A DNA stretch of 63,411 nucleotides, the filler included, from Hausera hauseri (lineage: Eukaryota), in assembly GCA_046269625.1 (NCBI GenBank). It is 11 parts of 11 records of this genome, joined end to end, with 100 filler letters (N's around TTAATTAATTAA, not from the genome) between each part and the next. Parts side by side here need not be neighbours in the genome. Positions count along the whole stretch, not along the records: positions 33,533 to 37,557 come from JBJURY010810977.1; positions 37,658 to 42,659 come from JBJURY010364484.1; positions 42,760 to 46,790 come from JBJURY010806754.1; 8 more parts are not named here. One strand, written 5' to 3'. Position numbers and translations under genes: made by a program. Numbering within the stretch: position 1 is the first letter of the stretch; each line of letters begins with the position of its first letter. The notes below the pieces were generated by a model, which had not been told where the DNA came from, ran no database searches, and saw only the letters and a program-made list of their open reading frames with translations. Positions 34,623-46,890 of this stretch are shown in pieces.

Positions 34623-35557
34623 GTTAGTTTGAAATGTTGTTGGTAATTATTTACATTTGTCTAATTGTTTGCACAAACTGACGATTGTTTGTATAGTTTA
34701 TCATCTCTAAGTGCTGTTTCAATTGCATCTCTATAACGATTACTTGTACCCGTGCATCACGTCGCCGTTGTATCTGTATTCCGATTAACAATGAATATCG
34801 TATTGCACAAATTACCCGTGATTTACTCCCATGGGAAATGCACAGAGTGACAAACTGCACTGCTGATTGTCTCACCGATGAATCATCGTCATTACTCATT
34901 GTGCTGTGTTGGTGTGCATAGTTCATTTATGAATGCGGTGACTGTCGTTTCAGGTGCTGCTGAATTGAATTTTGTCATGTGTTCGTTGTAATGCGGTCAC
35001 AGTTGAGTTCGTATATCGAGATTATAACTGACTAACAATGGTCGGTGTAGGTTATTGCAATTGGCACCTGATTATTATTATTATTGTGAAACGTTTCAAG
35101 TATTACATACAGCATAGAATTGTCAATGATGTTCCGTTTATACTATAAGCAGGATAAAACAAACATATTAATTATACGTCTCCCATAAACTCGACTAAAT
35201 CGAGTTCAGTTCGAGTAATGGTAATTTCTCGACGTATTGACTTTTTACGAACAAACGCCACTCTTCCATAGTCTATTTGCTGAAATCCACTTAACATGTG
35301 ACCAAAGTCTGTTTCATTGTCTTGAATCATAGAAAAAAAAAACCCTAGCACAATTTTCTATCAGACAGAAACGTCGCAATCACTGATCAGACTCAATTGA
35401 CTCCACTACAATTCCATCTACATCTCAGGTTTTGTTTGAAACGAATTATACACCAAACCGATCTTAGCGACTCATTTAATTTTCCCGACAATCTACGTCT
35501 CCTAAAATTATAAAAACCATCAAAAATCCGACATCTGCCACAACCAGACACTCCAAA

Positions 35558-35560
<3 letters not shown>

Positions 35561-35603
<43 letters not shown>
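35561..35603. repeat. (GT)n microsatellite; a second one at ~37337-37366
   Basis: Direct reading. Confidence 0.95.
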
Positions 35604-35606
<3 letters not shown>

Positions 35607-36627
35607 ATTTCAACACAACTTGCAAGTACCGAAGAGATTGTCAAACTAGTTGCAGATGATGTAATAAGCATATGGAACAGAGCCAGTAACACTGACAAGG
35701 ATTTAGAGAAGTATTCACAAGAACAAAGAACTTTAAGTGGGTCTTTTGGTGTGATCAAAAGTCAGAGAGAAGGATGACGATAGGACCTGTAGATGAAAAG
35801 ACTACAGCAGTGCTATAAAGAAGGCGTGAAAGGCATTAAATCGAAGGTGCAGTCAAAGTTTGTCAGCTTCAACAATGAAGAGGACACAAGTAGCAGTACA
35901 TCATCTGAATCAAGTAATAAAAGCAGTCAGAGAATTTGTTCAACATTCACAGATATTGCAGAGATTGGTATGCATCGGATTCGATGGTCGTATTGATGAT
36001 TCTAGACTTCTGGAGAGCAGAAGAGTAGCAAGAACAAGAATGTGAACAACATGTTACAGCACAAATATAAACGCAGGAGAGTAGAATGGAGTTATCAGGC
36101 AGCTGGAACTTTCACTGAGTCATCCTTTGCAGTGGCTAGTCTGTGTGCTGCATCTCACTGAGTTGCCGTTTAGAGATGTCTTCAAGCTTCTTGATGATAA
36201 AAACATCTGGAACAAAGGAACAGATATTTTGCACACCCAGAGAATATTCTGATAGCTGTTATAAATGACGCTGATTACGTTATGCGAAGAAATGCTGTTA
36301 AAAAAACAGTGCTTGCACGAAAGAACGTTGATGGTGACAAAGGTGTACGCATAAATTTGAACTTTGCAGCGACGTCGTGTTATGACCTCATTGACTGAAA
36401 ATTTTGTCCCATTACGCCACCACCAGAGCTGTCTTCAATGTCAGACGAGTAGCTCTCAGCCCTACAGAACGTTTTACACACAAACCGTTGAACGTGCTAT
36501 CAAAGACGTTACCAGGGTTTCAACGAAGGTGTTTGATCACAATTCACGACATGGGATGCTGATTTCAGACGAGAGATCACGTAAGAAGATATCCAAGTTG
36601 GAAGCCAAAAATTCATTTGTGTATTGA
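35604..36627 (+). mobile_element. Decayed DNA-transposase relic (HPENIL...TQxVERxIKxVT family)
   Basis: Fragments FAHPENILIAVIND, NLNFAATSCYDLID and YTQTVERAIKDVTRVSTKV; superfamily not determined. Confidence 0.55.
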
Positions 36628-37334
36628 CATGCACACAAGTAGGCCTATCATGGTGTTGTGTAACTGTAAAACATATTTATATGCCATTATATTAGAGTCT
36701 ACCTTTTATTGCCTTTTAGTTAAGCGTCATTTAACTGACAAACTGTAGCCATGTACTTCAGTAAACGATTTCAACAAGAGATTCCTGCTCAACACTGTTC
36801 ACTGTTCATTATTTATGAAAGTCGCATTTTCAAATAAATGTTGCGGACCTTTAAAATAATTTCATATTTTTTGCCCCAGCCTACTCTACAATAATCATTT
36901 TACCACAATCCGTCCTGCTCATTCTATGCCCACCATTTCCAGTTCACTCAATCACCTTTGAGGATTGACATATCCTTTCAAATATCGACAGGTATGTTGC
37001 AACCAGAATTATATTTTACCCAGCCTCTTGCGTTGCTGTTAATATTTCTAAAAAATAAATATAATGCTGATTAATAATACGAAAAAATTTTTTACCAATG
37101 AAGTCAAAATATCGCAATTTGGAGATTTTAAGTGTGACATCATTTCGCACTTGTTCAAATCTCCCCAATTATGTTTAGAAATTTTGAACTTTGACAAAAC
37201 ACTTGTTCATTTTCTCCAGTTGATGTTGAATATTAAAAGAACATTAGCTCGACAACATGAACGAAAGTTTTATCAATTGGAACGTTTACACTTGTCATAC
37301 TGCGTATTCATATCGCCGTTGCCATGATAACCTC

Positions 37335-37368
<34 letters not shown>

Positions 37369-37975
37369 TCGCTTTTATACTCGTTGACATTTGATAAGGC
37401 TGTTCAGCATTAAAAAAGTTACTATCCTGAGTAAAATCTTCATAAAGGTCCTAAACATAATTTTATACTAAAGAAAAAAAATTACCAAAATGTATAGTTG
37501 GGTATTCACCCACAGTCACGTAACATTTTTCATGCAGACACACCAATACGAGATGAANNNNNNNNNNNNNNNNNNNNNNNNNNNNNNNNNNNNNNNNNNN
37601 NTTAATTAATTAANNNNNNNNNNNNNNNNNNNNNNNNNNNNNNNNNNNNNNNNNNNNCAAAGACTCATTCAAAGTGAGCACCCAATACTGGAATGCGTGT
37701 AGTTGATGAAAGTGGAGATATGAACACGGAGTAGAAGAGTAGGGGAAAATGCTCAGGTAAAGGCTCCTCCTCCATTGATGTGAGCCTGTTGAAAACTGGT
37801 TCCTTCCCTGAGACTTCATCTGTTAATATAAAGAAAACTGGCAACAAATCAAAGCACTGGAATTCCTTAAAGAAATAAGTACTGCCCACCATCTTTCACA
37901 GTAGTTTTAGACTATGATGGCATTTTGGACAAATTTTGAAAAGGACATAACGTACAAACTCAATGCAATAATGCA

Positions 37976-38460
37976 TAGGGTCCGACAATAAGAAGTTTGT
38001 TTTTCAATAGGGTTTTATCTGATTAATTTGACAGATATATCATTGTTTTTTTTTAAAAATGTTTTCAGATGAGGCTCAATTTCACTTAAATGGCTATGTT
38101 AATAAACTGAATTATCGTATTTTGGCTTCTGAAAATCCAAAAGTAGTTGTTGAAAAGTGTTCATATGCAATTCGTTAACTATTTTGTGTGCCTTTTGGAT
38201 TGATAGTGTCATTGGACCGCATGTTTTTGAAAACGAAGCTGGTGCTAATTTTACAGTCAATGGAGAGCTCTACAGATACGTGATAAACAAAGTTTTTATG
38301 AAAGAATCGATGCTTGCAAACGTGGTCGCGGTGAACATTTGACTGATGTTATTTTTAAATCATAAATGGCAAGCTATTTACGACATTTCAATAAAGAAAT
38401 GCAGAAATTTTATGAAAAATGTGTTTTATTTACAAATTAAAAACAAACTTATTGAACGAC
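37976..38460 (+). mobile_element. Internally deleted Tc1/mariner element with imperfect TIRs
   Basis: FSDEAQFHLNGYVNKLNYRILASENP...VIGPHVFENEAGANFTVNGELY; left arm acaataagaagtttgtttttcaa pairs imperfectly with right arm ttaaaaacaaacttattg. Confidence 0.75.
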
Positions 38461-39049
38461 GAAAACCATTAATTAATTAATACCATACTACCTCATCAGT
38501 GATGACTCATCACATTTACTATTTAACACAAACCTTTCAAAAATTTCTTTAGCACATTTCGAAAATTACACTACTTCTGATCGAATGTAGACAATATTCA
38601 TAAGTTTATTTTCCAAGCCTTAAATCCACATTAGAATTTTAATTATTTTTAGGCCAATCACTTTTGTCAAAATGTGCCGATAATTCTTGTTGGAACGAAA
38701 TTAGATTTGCGGTATGACCAAAAATCGAGGACAAACTCTGATTCATTCGTGACTAAATCAGATGGAAAAGCGTTATCTCAACAAATAGGAGCATCTGCCT
38801 TTTTCATATGTTCAGAAAAGGAAAACAAAAATGTTCAGGAAATATTCTAAGCAGCTACAAACATTTCAATGCCAAGGTCCAGATGAACTAAATGGAAATG
38901 CTCTATACCGTGAAAAAATGTGGTCGAGGCGTTTGTCCTCGATTTCAGTTTATTCTTTATTTTATTCTTTTTTGTTCACTTTACTTTTATGTGTGTTTTA
39001 TGGTTAATGGACATTCATGACGACAAGAATTGAATTGTGATAAAGATTA

Positions 39050-41400
39050 TTGAAAAGATTGATTGTTTTTTTAAAGTTTTGAATAAAAGAATTAATAAAG
39101 GATATTTTCTGCGAATTCATTTTGTCTACTTTATTTCATCTACTTCAATTCATTTTACATACTTTATGGAATTAGATTGGTGTCAGAAGACGTCTTATCA
39201 CATCTCCAGTGCAGATTATTTATGGATTTTAAATACGTCCTGTTTCTGTTGTGCGTTGAAAATTTCGTTTCAGGAATTGGAATTATATAATTACAATACA
39301 ATTTTATTCTCGTCAGACACGTGGTTCCGTACCTCAAATATTTCTTTAAGAAATTATTCACAGTTCGAAAACGTATTTTGTTCAAACAAATGAAATTGGA
39401 CTTTATTTTATTTATTATTATCAACATTTTACGAATTTCCGCGATAATTTTCGATTTTCGTACAGGGCATTTTATAATCCACGATTGGGTTCAAATTGTC
39501 TTCCAAATGCCACTTTTACAATGCTTCAAACTCTCCTCGAGTGAACAAGTTATTAAAGTACATGCAACAACTGAGTTTGAATTGGGTGTGATTTACGTTC
39601 ATGGTGGCTTATCATCTATAGACTTATCGGATCAGTTGTTAATCAGATATTTACATGGCATTTGGGAACATGTTTCTGTTTATTCTCAAGTACAACAACA
39701 GTGCCAGTATGGTCATTCCATAAAATCTACAGAACCAGGCGAAATTGTGATATTTGGATGAGCGTTTAGTAATTCAAATATGTTCAAACTAACTAACGTC
39801 ATTTGGTTGTATAATATAATGAATATGCCATGGCGGAAATTATTTTCTAAGGCATTAATTCCAGTTATGGTCCACATAATTTACTATTACAATGGAGTAT
39901 TGTACTCATTCTTTCGTTGTTCTTCACAATCGTTTTTTACTGAATTACAACAATTCAACTTAAGTTCCAACGTGACTCTAAATTCTATTAAAACACCTGA
40001 TACAATTAGACTTTTGGTATTTTTGCACTTTTCATCTTCTGAAAATGATTCTCAAGTGGGAATTCACGATGATTTAGGACTTGGAAATTCAACAACTATA
40101 ACTATAACTAATGCACTCTATTACTTCGACCTGAGAAGTTATCAATGGCATAACTTTACTCAAAAGGGACCTATGATAGTATTTTCAGCAATCTTCATTC
40201 TTGGTCGATGCGAGTTTCCAGTGTTTTCCAGAACAGTTATCCATTAAAATGTCTCGATTTAATTCATGGAGGTTGTCGTACATGCATATTATTATCATTT
40301 TGTAAATGGTGTAGATTTCATACTGGAAACAGTGAGACAAATGATTACAATGGCGTCGGAAAGTGTATGGAAGGATTAATAACCGGACCAATTAATAAAG
40401 GGCATTGTAAAAATGATGAAGACTGGGCATTTACTGAATCAAAGTTTTAACAGTTCCATTGCAACGGCCATGGACAATGTATGGTTAATCAGAAAATATG
40501 GAATTCAGATATTACGACATCAAAATGTTCAACTTGCCATCACCACACTATTGGTAATCAGTGTGAAGTTTGTAAATTAGGGTACTACGGTTCAGCTTTG
40601 AATGGTAGTCGTTGTAATATTTGTGACTGTGTTAAAAATGGTTTGGCTGTAAATTGCAGACCAAATGGATTGTGTAGTGATTATTGCGTACAAAATGCAG
40701 AATTGGTGACTTTTACAATGAGTGCTATACGAAAAATAACTACAATATTCAATCCAATGTGCGCATTTTTTGCAAAATTAGACTTCATGTACATCCTTAA
40801 TATGATAACTGAGTAATTCTATCCCTATATGAGTCGGTTTAACTTTCTGCTCTCTGGTCTATCGGGATCTATATCGTTAGAAGTTAGAATTCGTTGTGTT
40901 AATCAATCTAGAACCAAATTTCAAATTGATTTGTATAATGATCTGTACGAAGTTACTACAATTGAACATAAACAAAAGTGTCGTCTATATATTAAATTTT
41001 TTCAATCACAAATATTCAAAGGTAACAACAATCACATCCTGTTCAGCTTTACGGACATTCTCAATTCGTCTATAACTGGTCCATTTGAAATAGAAATGAT
41101 GTTGAAACAAACCACAACAATAAATCTACTTTACATTCCCATCTCCGTTTTGTCGTCCCTTTTTACTGCGTTGTTGTTTGTGTACACATTTTGCAAAATG
41201 AAGCAACACATAAGGCGACAAAATCCAGATTACGTAAAAACGTGTTTAATTTATCGACCATATGGAATAATTAAATCACTTCCAGATGATCGCATATGTT
41301 ATTACAAAGGCGGTGAAAAAATTCCAGTTAAGCAGCTGTTTGATTCAGATGACGTAAAGTGGAATTGTGATACTGTCGTTGTAACAGTACCTTTTCAAAC
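39050..41400 (+). pseudogene. Attractin/MEGF8-like protein (kelch-like, PSI, laminin-EGF, TM), frameshifted and apparently intronless
   Basis: IYVHGG/IVIFG kelch-like motifs, GCRTCILLSFCKWC (PSI), CNGHGQC...CHHHTIGNQCEVCKLGYYGSALNGSRCNICDC (laminin EGF), TM LLYIPISVLSSLFTALLFVYTF. Confidence 0.7.
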
Positions 41401-41639
41401 TCCCATATATTCTCAGGAAGAAGATCAAAATAAAAACTTACGAAGGCCTAACCGATTACTTCTTGGATCACCGTCACTTCCGACTCCATCGAAACAATTG
41501 CGACCAAAGTCAAGTCCTACGTCACCTAAGTCTTGTAACAATCTTCCTACAGCTACACATTGTTCAGGGCACTCAACTCCGATATCTTATTGCTCGACCA
41601 GTCCCGACGAAATAACACAAGGTAATTATGACAGTTATT

Positions 41640-41995
41640 CATACGCTCAATTATTTAAATTATGGGACGAATATGGACTAATTTGTGTAATTAGTCTGTC
41701 TTCGTCAATCACTTTTTTAAACTGGTTGCCCGACGTTTATGCTTCAGATTTTGGTAAACCATTTTTTTATTGAACTATCATCTGGTGATACTGAATTTCG
41801 CAAAATTGACTTTCGAACTGGTAAAACCGACTGCATATTAATCTAAACGGTCACATTGCATCGGTTTTTCAACTGCCCATCTCCCAAAAATCATGTTTCA
41901 TAGCCAGTGGCTGCAGCAACGGTTAGATTAATGTTTGGCATATCAAAGATAGCTGCTTGTTGATCCACTGTTCAAATTTAAACAAAAATACGACG
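41640..41995 (+). pseudogene. WD40-repeat remnant
   Basis: LFKLWDE...ITFLNW and FIASGCSNG*INVWHIKD motifs. Confidence 0.4.
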
Positions 41996-42439
41996 ACTGT
42001 ATCAATTGGTGAATTCAATTTGCATCCTACCATTTCAAAACCAAATTCACGATTCGCAGCCAGTAAAAACATTGAATGTTTGAAGTTGTTACCGTTTACA
42101 TTGCATCGAAGTACTGGTCGTCCTACGACGATGATCAATCATACAAGAGATTCTCTGGTTGAGGGAAGGGTTACACACAAATAAACAGCTCATATTCTCT
42201 ATACTAAATTGTCCTCCTTTTTTGGCTCCTCCCATTTTTATCTTAATCACAACGGTATAACTTTGCAACCTTACGACTCTTTTTTATCCTTTGCACCCGA
42301 GAAATATTCCATCACTCTCACTGTCCATTTCCGCATCCGTGATGGATCAGACCTTGATCCTTCTGCCGAACACCTAAAAAAAACTAGATCTTGTCTTCGT
42401 CCTATCGACACCACACCAACAATTTCTCCAAATCTCCCT

Positions 42440-42659
42440 TGCGCGGATTTCTTTCTAGACAATACGAACTCTAGTCGTACCTGACTGCAGTTCCATTTGC
42501 AATGGCTTAAAGCCAATCATATTACAGATCCCTTTCTTCGGGCTAACAGTTTGCTGCTATCACTCGCAGCCAACATCAAACAGCAGATAAGTAATCTGGC
42601 TGACATACTCTCCTCTTCAAGCCCGTATGATATGCTGTACGAATCGGTTCTACATATCA
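42440..42659 (+). pseudogene. Gypsy gag N-terminal remnant (same family as 17033-17600)
   Basis: FFLDNTNSSRT*LQFHLQWLKANHITDPFLRA...SSPYDMLYESVL vs YFIDQENSSKTWPNFHQFWLQCNDITDPITKA...PDPYAHLYNAVL. Confidence 0.6.
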
Positions 42660-43059
42660 NNNNNNNNNNNNNNNNNNNNNNNNNNNNNNNNNNNNNNNNN
42701 NNNTTAATTAATTAANNNNNNNNNNNNNNNNNNNNNNNNNNNNNNNNNNNNNNNNNNNNGTCAAATATAAATCGCTCAAATGAAGATTTAATATCAGGGC
42801 TGATGAAAGTATTAGTGGGTTATATGAACAAGAATCGGAAGTATCTAAGTAAATGGGCCTTAAATGACAACCGCAACGGAGGGCAGTTTAAAAAGGGTGA
42901 TGTTGTGTCAACAGCAGACATGTTATGAAAAAAAACTTAATAGAAAAACAAGAAATAGAAATCGTTAATAAAAGACATATTAAAAATGTTTGCCAGACGA
43001 ATAGTACACAATGATAAATATCACTCCATCGTGCACTAGTTTCTCCGTGGTTGGCAGTA

Positions 43060-45075
43060 TTGTTTTGCACTGTGGATAAAGCCAATCGACTTTCTCACGT
43101 CGTGTCATCCTACGAGCGACCTGCGTACTCAACGGCTCTTTGAACAAACCCACCAGTTCGTTATATGTCGTCTGGTTTTCATCGAATCTTTTCTACTTGA
43201 CGCCTTTTGACAGACGTCTGTAATCGATCTTTTTACTAGCTCCACTCTGCAGTCTAGTACGGATAACCTCACCAGTCGACAGCAGCTGTTGTTGCTGTTG
43301 CAGCTGCTGTTTCATTTGCGATGATGCCAGAGGCCATTTATTACAGACTTTGATGGCGATTAAATTATTCGACGATTCCGCATGGTGACTGAGTCGATTC
43401 TAAAACGATGGGCGCCTAACAGATAGATCAAACTCCATATAGCTTTTTGTAAAAGGGGTCTCCTGTAACATTTTCGAACCGATTTTTCCGGCTTCCACAC
43501 AAATAGCAGAGGCATAATGAGTCTTATCTTTGAAGCAAAACCACGGATACAACTGCGTAATGACCGAGTGAATCTTCAGTGGCATGAAAACCGATATGGC
43601 AAAAACATCCAGCGTATACGGCTCCTCAGTACTTTCGATCTTCGTATCCTCATCAGATAATTGCCTACTGGTGGTCCCTAGTTTCGGTCTACAAGCCGGT
43701 TCGGCGGCAGACATAAGCAACTCCACTCCACCCGAATGATTTTTAGTACTCTCATGACGAGCCATTCGTCCTCGTGCCCGATCATGAGGCACTGATCCCC
43801 ATTTTGTGTCATCCGCCAATTCTGGACATGCCCAAAAAGTGGCATGTAGTTTATTACTGAATCAGACGAACGCTTCTTCACAATAGAAACAGTAGTAAAC
43901 TCCATTTTTGAAATACAGCCACGGAAATGTTTCATTGAATTCACTCCATTCGGATTCCGATACGAAATTTGGCTGAATGTGACGATTCGGAGTCTTCATA
44001 TGTCGAATTTCCCAAATTATACTAATACCACCGACTGTGGACGACGAGAATTGCAATTCGTGGTCATCGGTTTTGTCATATGAATTGATTACTATAGGCT
44101 GTGTTTCATTCAATTTGGAAACGTTCGGTGGTCGACCACGTCCACGTTTCATATTAATGATTACTGCAGATGTCTGCTGCAGTTTATGTGTATCACTAAC
44201 TGTATTTGACCTTTCTCGGCTCTTCTCGATTGCATTTGACAATGATTCCTGATATTTCCATGATGGCCGACCGCGACGTTTCGCTCTCATGACTACTGGT
44301 CGGTCTTCATCTACATCTCTGTATTCCGTTAACTCCTCAATTTCTTTACCATCAATTGATGTGCCATAAGATTAACGATCTCAAGGTTGCCGTGAAGTAC
44401 GTTTCGAGTTCTTTGTCGTTTACCTTTGCCGTCATTTCCACCGGACAACAGTCGATTCGATGTTGAATTAGCAGGCAATTCTTCGTTGGTCTGTGATAGC
44501 AAATGCGGCGTATCGACTTCTTCTTTTGGTTCTATTGGTTCAATGATCGACTCAATGGTGATATCAGATTCTTTGGCTAAAAGTGCCAAACTGCGCGTTG
44601 TAACGGTCGGTTTAGAAAATACTGGTTTACGTGGACTTTTAACCAACTGGGGTGTTGATGGTAAATCCGATTGTTTCATTACAACGACTGGTTTAATTCT
44701 ATCGTTAAAAGGGCTACTGGTAGTAATGTGAGAGTTTGAATTTTGATGTTCAGTAAAAAATGATTCGGTTAACGGGTATTCGAAAGACAGAGCGGTTTCT
44801 GTAGTGGGTGATGACAAATATGTTGGGATAATCCGATCACTGTTCATTTCATATGCAATTTCACAAAATCGACAACGATAACTGTCTTGTTCAATCTATA
44901 ACCATGAGTATTTCTTCAACATTTCTATACGTAATTCATCACTTTTAGTTTCATTTTCCTCGACACAACTATTTAAAATATCATTCCTTTTATCGTTACC
45001 TGTTAAATCATGACCAATTGAGCCTAATTTCTTTTCTAATACCTTCTCGCAATTTTTCTAATCGCTCATCAGCGT
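43060..45075 (-). pseudogene. Nuclear protein with three TTF-type zinc-finger-like modules and AT-hooks, frameshifted
   Basis: KKYSWL..EQDSYRCRFC, FNETFPWLYFKNGVYYCFYC, LYPWFCFKDK..ASAIC; RHESTKNH; KRRGRP and KRGRGRPP AT-hooks. Confidence 0.6.
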
Positions 45076-45093
45076 CATTTAAATTTTGATTTG

Positions 45094-45621
45094 TCAACTT
45101 TTCGAAACTAAGAAACGAATGTTTTTACGACAAAACGAAAATCCGGCTGGTTTGTTGATTAAATAAAATTCTTTCGTTTCAGCAATGATGTTATTGAATA
45201 GAATAGTACATGAATCATGGTACAATTCAACTTTTTTATTTAATTGACAGAAGAGACGAGTTTGTGGAAAATTAATCCGTTGAGCAAAAGGTAAAAAACG
45301 ATTTGATCTGGACAAAAGCATAAGAAGTAATATTGTTTTGAAAATTACCAATTCTTGAATAACGTTGAGTGAGCCTATTCGACAGTGGGTATGATGGACA
45401 GATAAATAATATTCCATAAAATTCAGTTGTTTAAGTAGATTTTTCCTTTGATGGTTACTGTTATCAATGAAAGTGTCGATATTGAAAAACATGTTTTTTC
45501 GTCGTTCTTCTTCGTCTTTGTCATAAACAATAACGTCTATTTGATAAATCGGCATTGATAAGTATTGTTTCTGACACCATTGTTGTTTTTGGATTATATC
45601 TGGAATTATGCGTAATTTCAT
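45094..45621 (-). CDS. Hypothetical 175-aa protein
   Basis: Open ORF only; no recognised motif. Confidence 0.25.
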   Translation of the reverse strand: MKLRIIPDIIQKQQWCQKQYLSMPIYQIDVIVYDKDEEERRKNMFFNIDTFIDNSNHQRKNLLKQLNFMEYYLSVHHTHCRIGSLNVIQELVIFKTILLLMLLSRSNRFLPFAQRINFPQTRLFCQLNKKVELYHDSCTILFNNIIAETKEFYLINKPAGFSFCRKNIRFLVSKS

Positions 45622-45672
45622 AATTGAGTAACAGTATGAACAAAATATAACGATTGAAACTTTAAGAATTTA

Positions 45673-45708
45673 AGTAGTGTGAAAATGGAGGTTCTGCTCC
45701 ACCCCGGG
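45673..45708 (+). mobile_element. Polinton/Maverick-like left terminus (5'-AGTAGT...)
   Basis: AGTAGTGTGAAAATGGAGGTTCTGCTCCACCCCGGG vs the reverse complement of 1759-1795, AGTAGTGTAAAAATGCCGGTTCTGGAACACCCCCGGG. Confidence 0.7.
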
Positions 45709-45715
45709 ATGGGGT

Positions 45716-46218
45716 GAAGTAATCAATAAATTGATTCAAGATAACACTGGAAAAGATATAGAAAAGGCTTACCAGTCTATTTACCTGCCCCATGATGTCT
45801 TTGTTAGAAAAGTGAAAATGCTGAAGAAGCCCAAGTTTGAATGTAAGTAATACACACCTGTTTCTATGTGGGAACGCATGACTGATTCAGTCCCATATGA
45901 TCACCTGATTACTTTTGAGATTACTGATGTTTCCCAGCAGAGTGTCATATTGGTGATTTGACCTTGCAGAGGTTTGGTATTTTCATTAACTTCTTTGGGG
46001 GGGGTTAAATAGTCATCACAAATGTGTTTTTGTTAATCTTCAATGTTAGTTTTGGCTGTTTGTTTGAAATTCTCTTGTCCTTTGTTGCAGTGGGCAAACT
46101 GATGGAGCTCCATGGTGAGGGTGGTACCGGCACAGCTGTAAAGGCAACTGGTGATGATACTGGAGCCAAGGTGGAGAGAGCTGATGGTTATGAGCCCCCC
46201 ATCCAGGAGACTGTCTAA
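45716..46218 (+). pseudogene. RPS3A: 40S ribosomal protein S3a, 3' fragment (exons 45716-45842 and 46091-46218), vertebrate/teleost-like
   Basis: [42 protein letters not shown]|[42 protein letters not shown]; GT-AG intron; AATAAA at 46235; 5' part of the gene absent. Confidence 0.9.
45869..45936 (+). ncRNA. SNORD73: Intronic C/D-box snoRNA, U73/SNORD73-like
   Basis: Terminal stem TGGGAAC/GTTTCCCA, imperfect C box, guide TTCAGTCCCATATGA, terminal CTGA D box; vertebrate RPS3A introns are the known host of U73. Confidence 0.6.
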
Positions 46219-46890
46219 AAACATGAACAGATTTAATAAAAAATGTAAATGACCAACAAACTCTTGTTTCTTTTTTTACAAGTATAAAAACAATTTTTGC
46301 TTTACTATATCATTCATCACTGTAAAACATTCATGTTGTCTCTTGAAATGGGCCGATTATACTAGTGAGCCGTCATTATGTTTCATACAAAGGACTGCCT
46401 CGGCCGCATAGATATTTTACGAACGTATACCATAATAATGAACCTTCTCAGCATTCTGTGGAGAGTTGAAAATGATAATCAAGAAGCTCGCCCAGTCAAT
46501 ACTACTGTAATGTGTTTGTTCCCAGCGATGTGACTACCGAGCTTGACGATTTGATGCATCTATAGAGCTCTTGAAGTCGTATAACAAAAATCCAAAAAAC
46601 ATTTAGGTACGCATTCTAACGCATGATAAGGTCTCATTCTAATGCGAAATTAGAATATCTTGACGCGATGCTGGATTTCAATAAAAACAAATACTGCACA
46701 CAGAATATTTGGCTGTTTTCTAATGATTTACCATGATCACATGTTTAACCCATCTATCAAACATATAGGCTTCTGTAACTAGCAGATGGCNNNNNNNNNN
46801 NNNNNNNNNNNNNNNNNNNNNNNNNNNNNNNNNNTTAATTAATTAANNNNNNNNNNNNNNNNNNNNNNNNNNNNNNNNNNNNNNNNNNNN

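Noticed and set aside
37658-37830. Possible terminal exon on the minus strand (DEVSGKEPVFNRL...GAHFE*)
   Set aside because: It has a plausible splice acceptor but no recognisable homology, so it cannot be supported.
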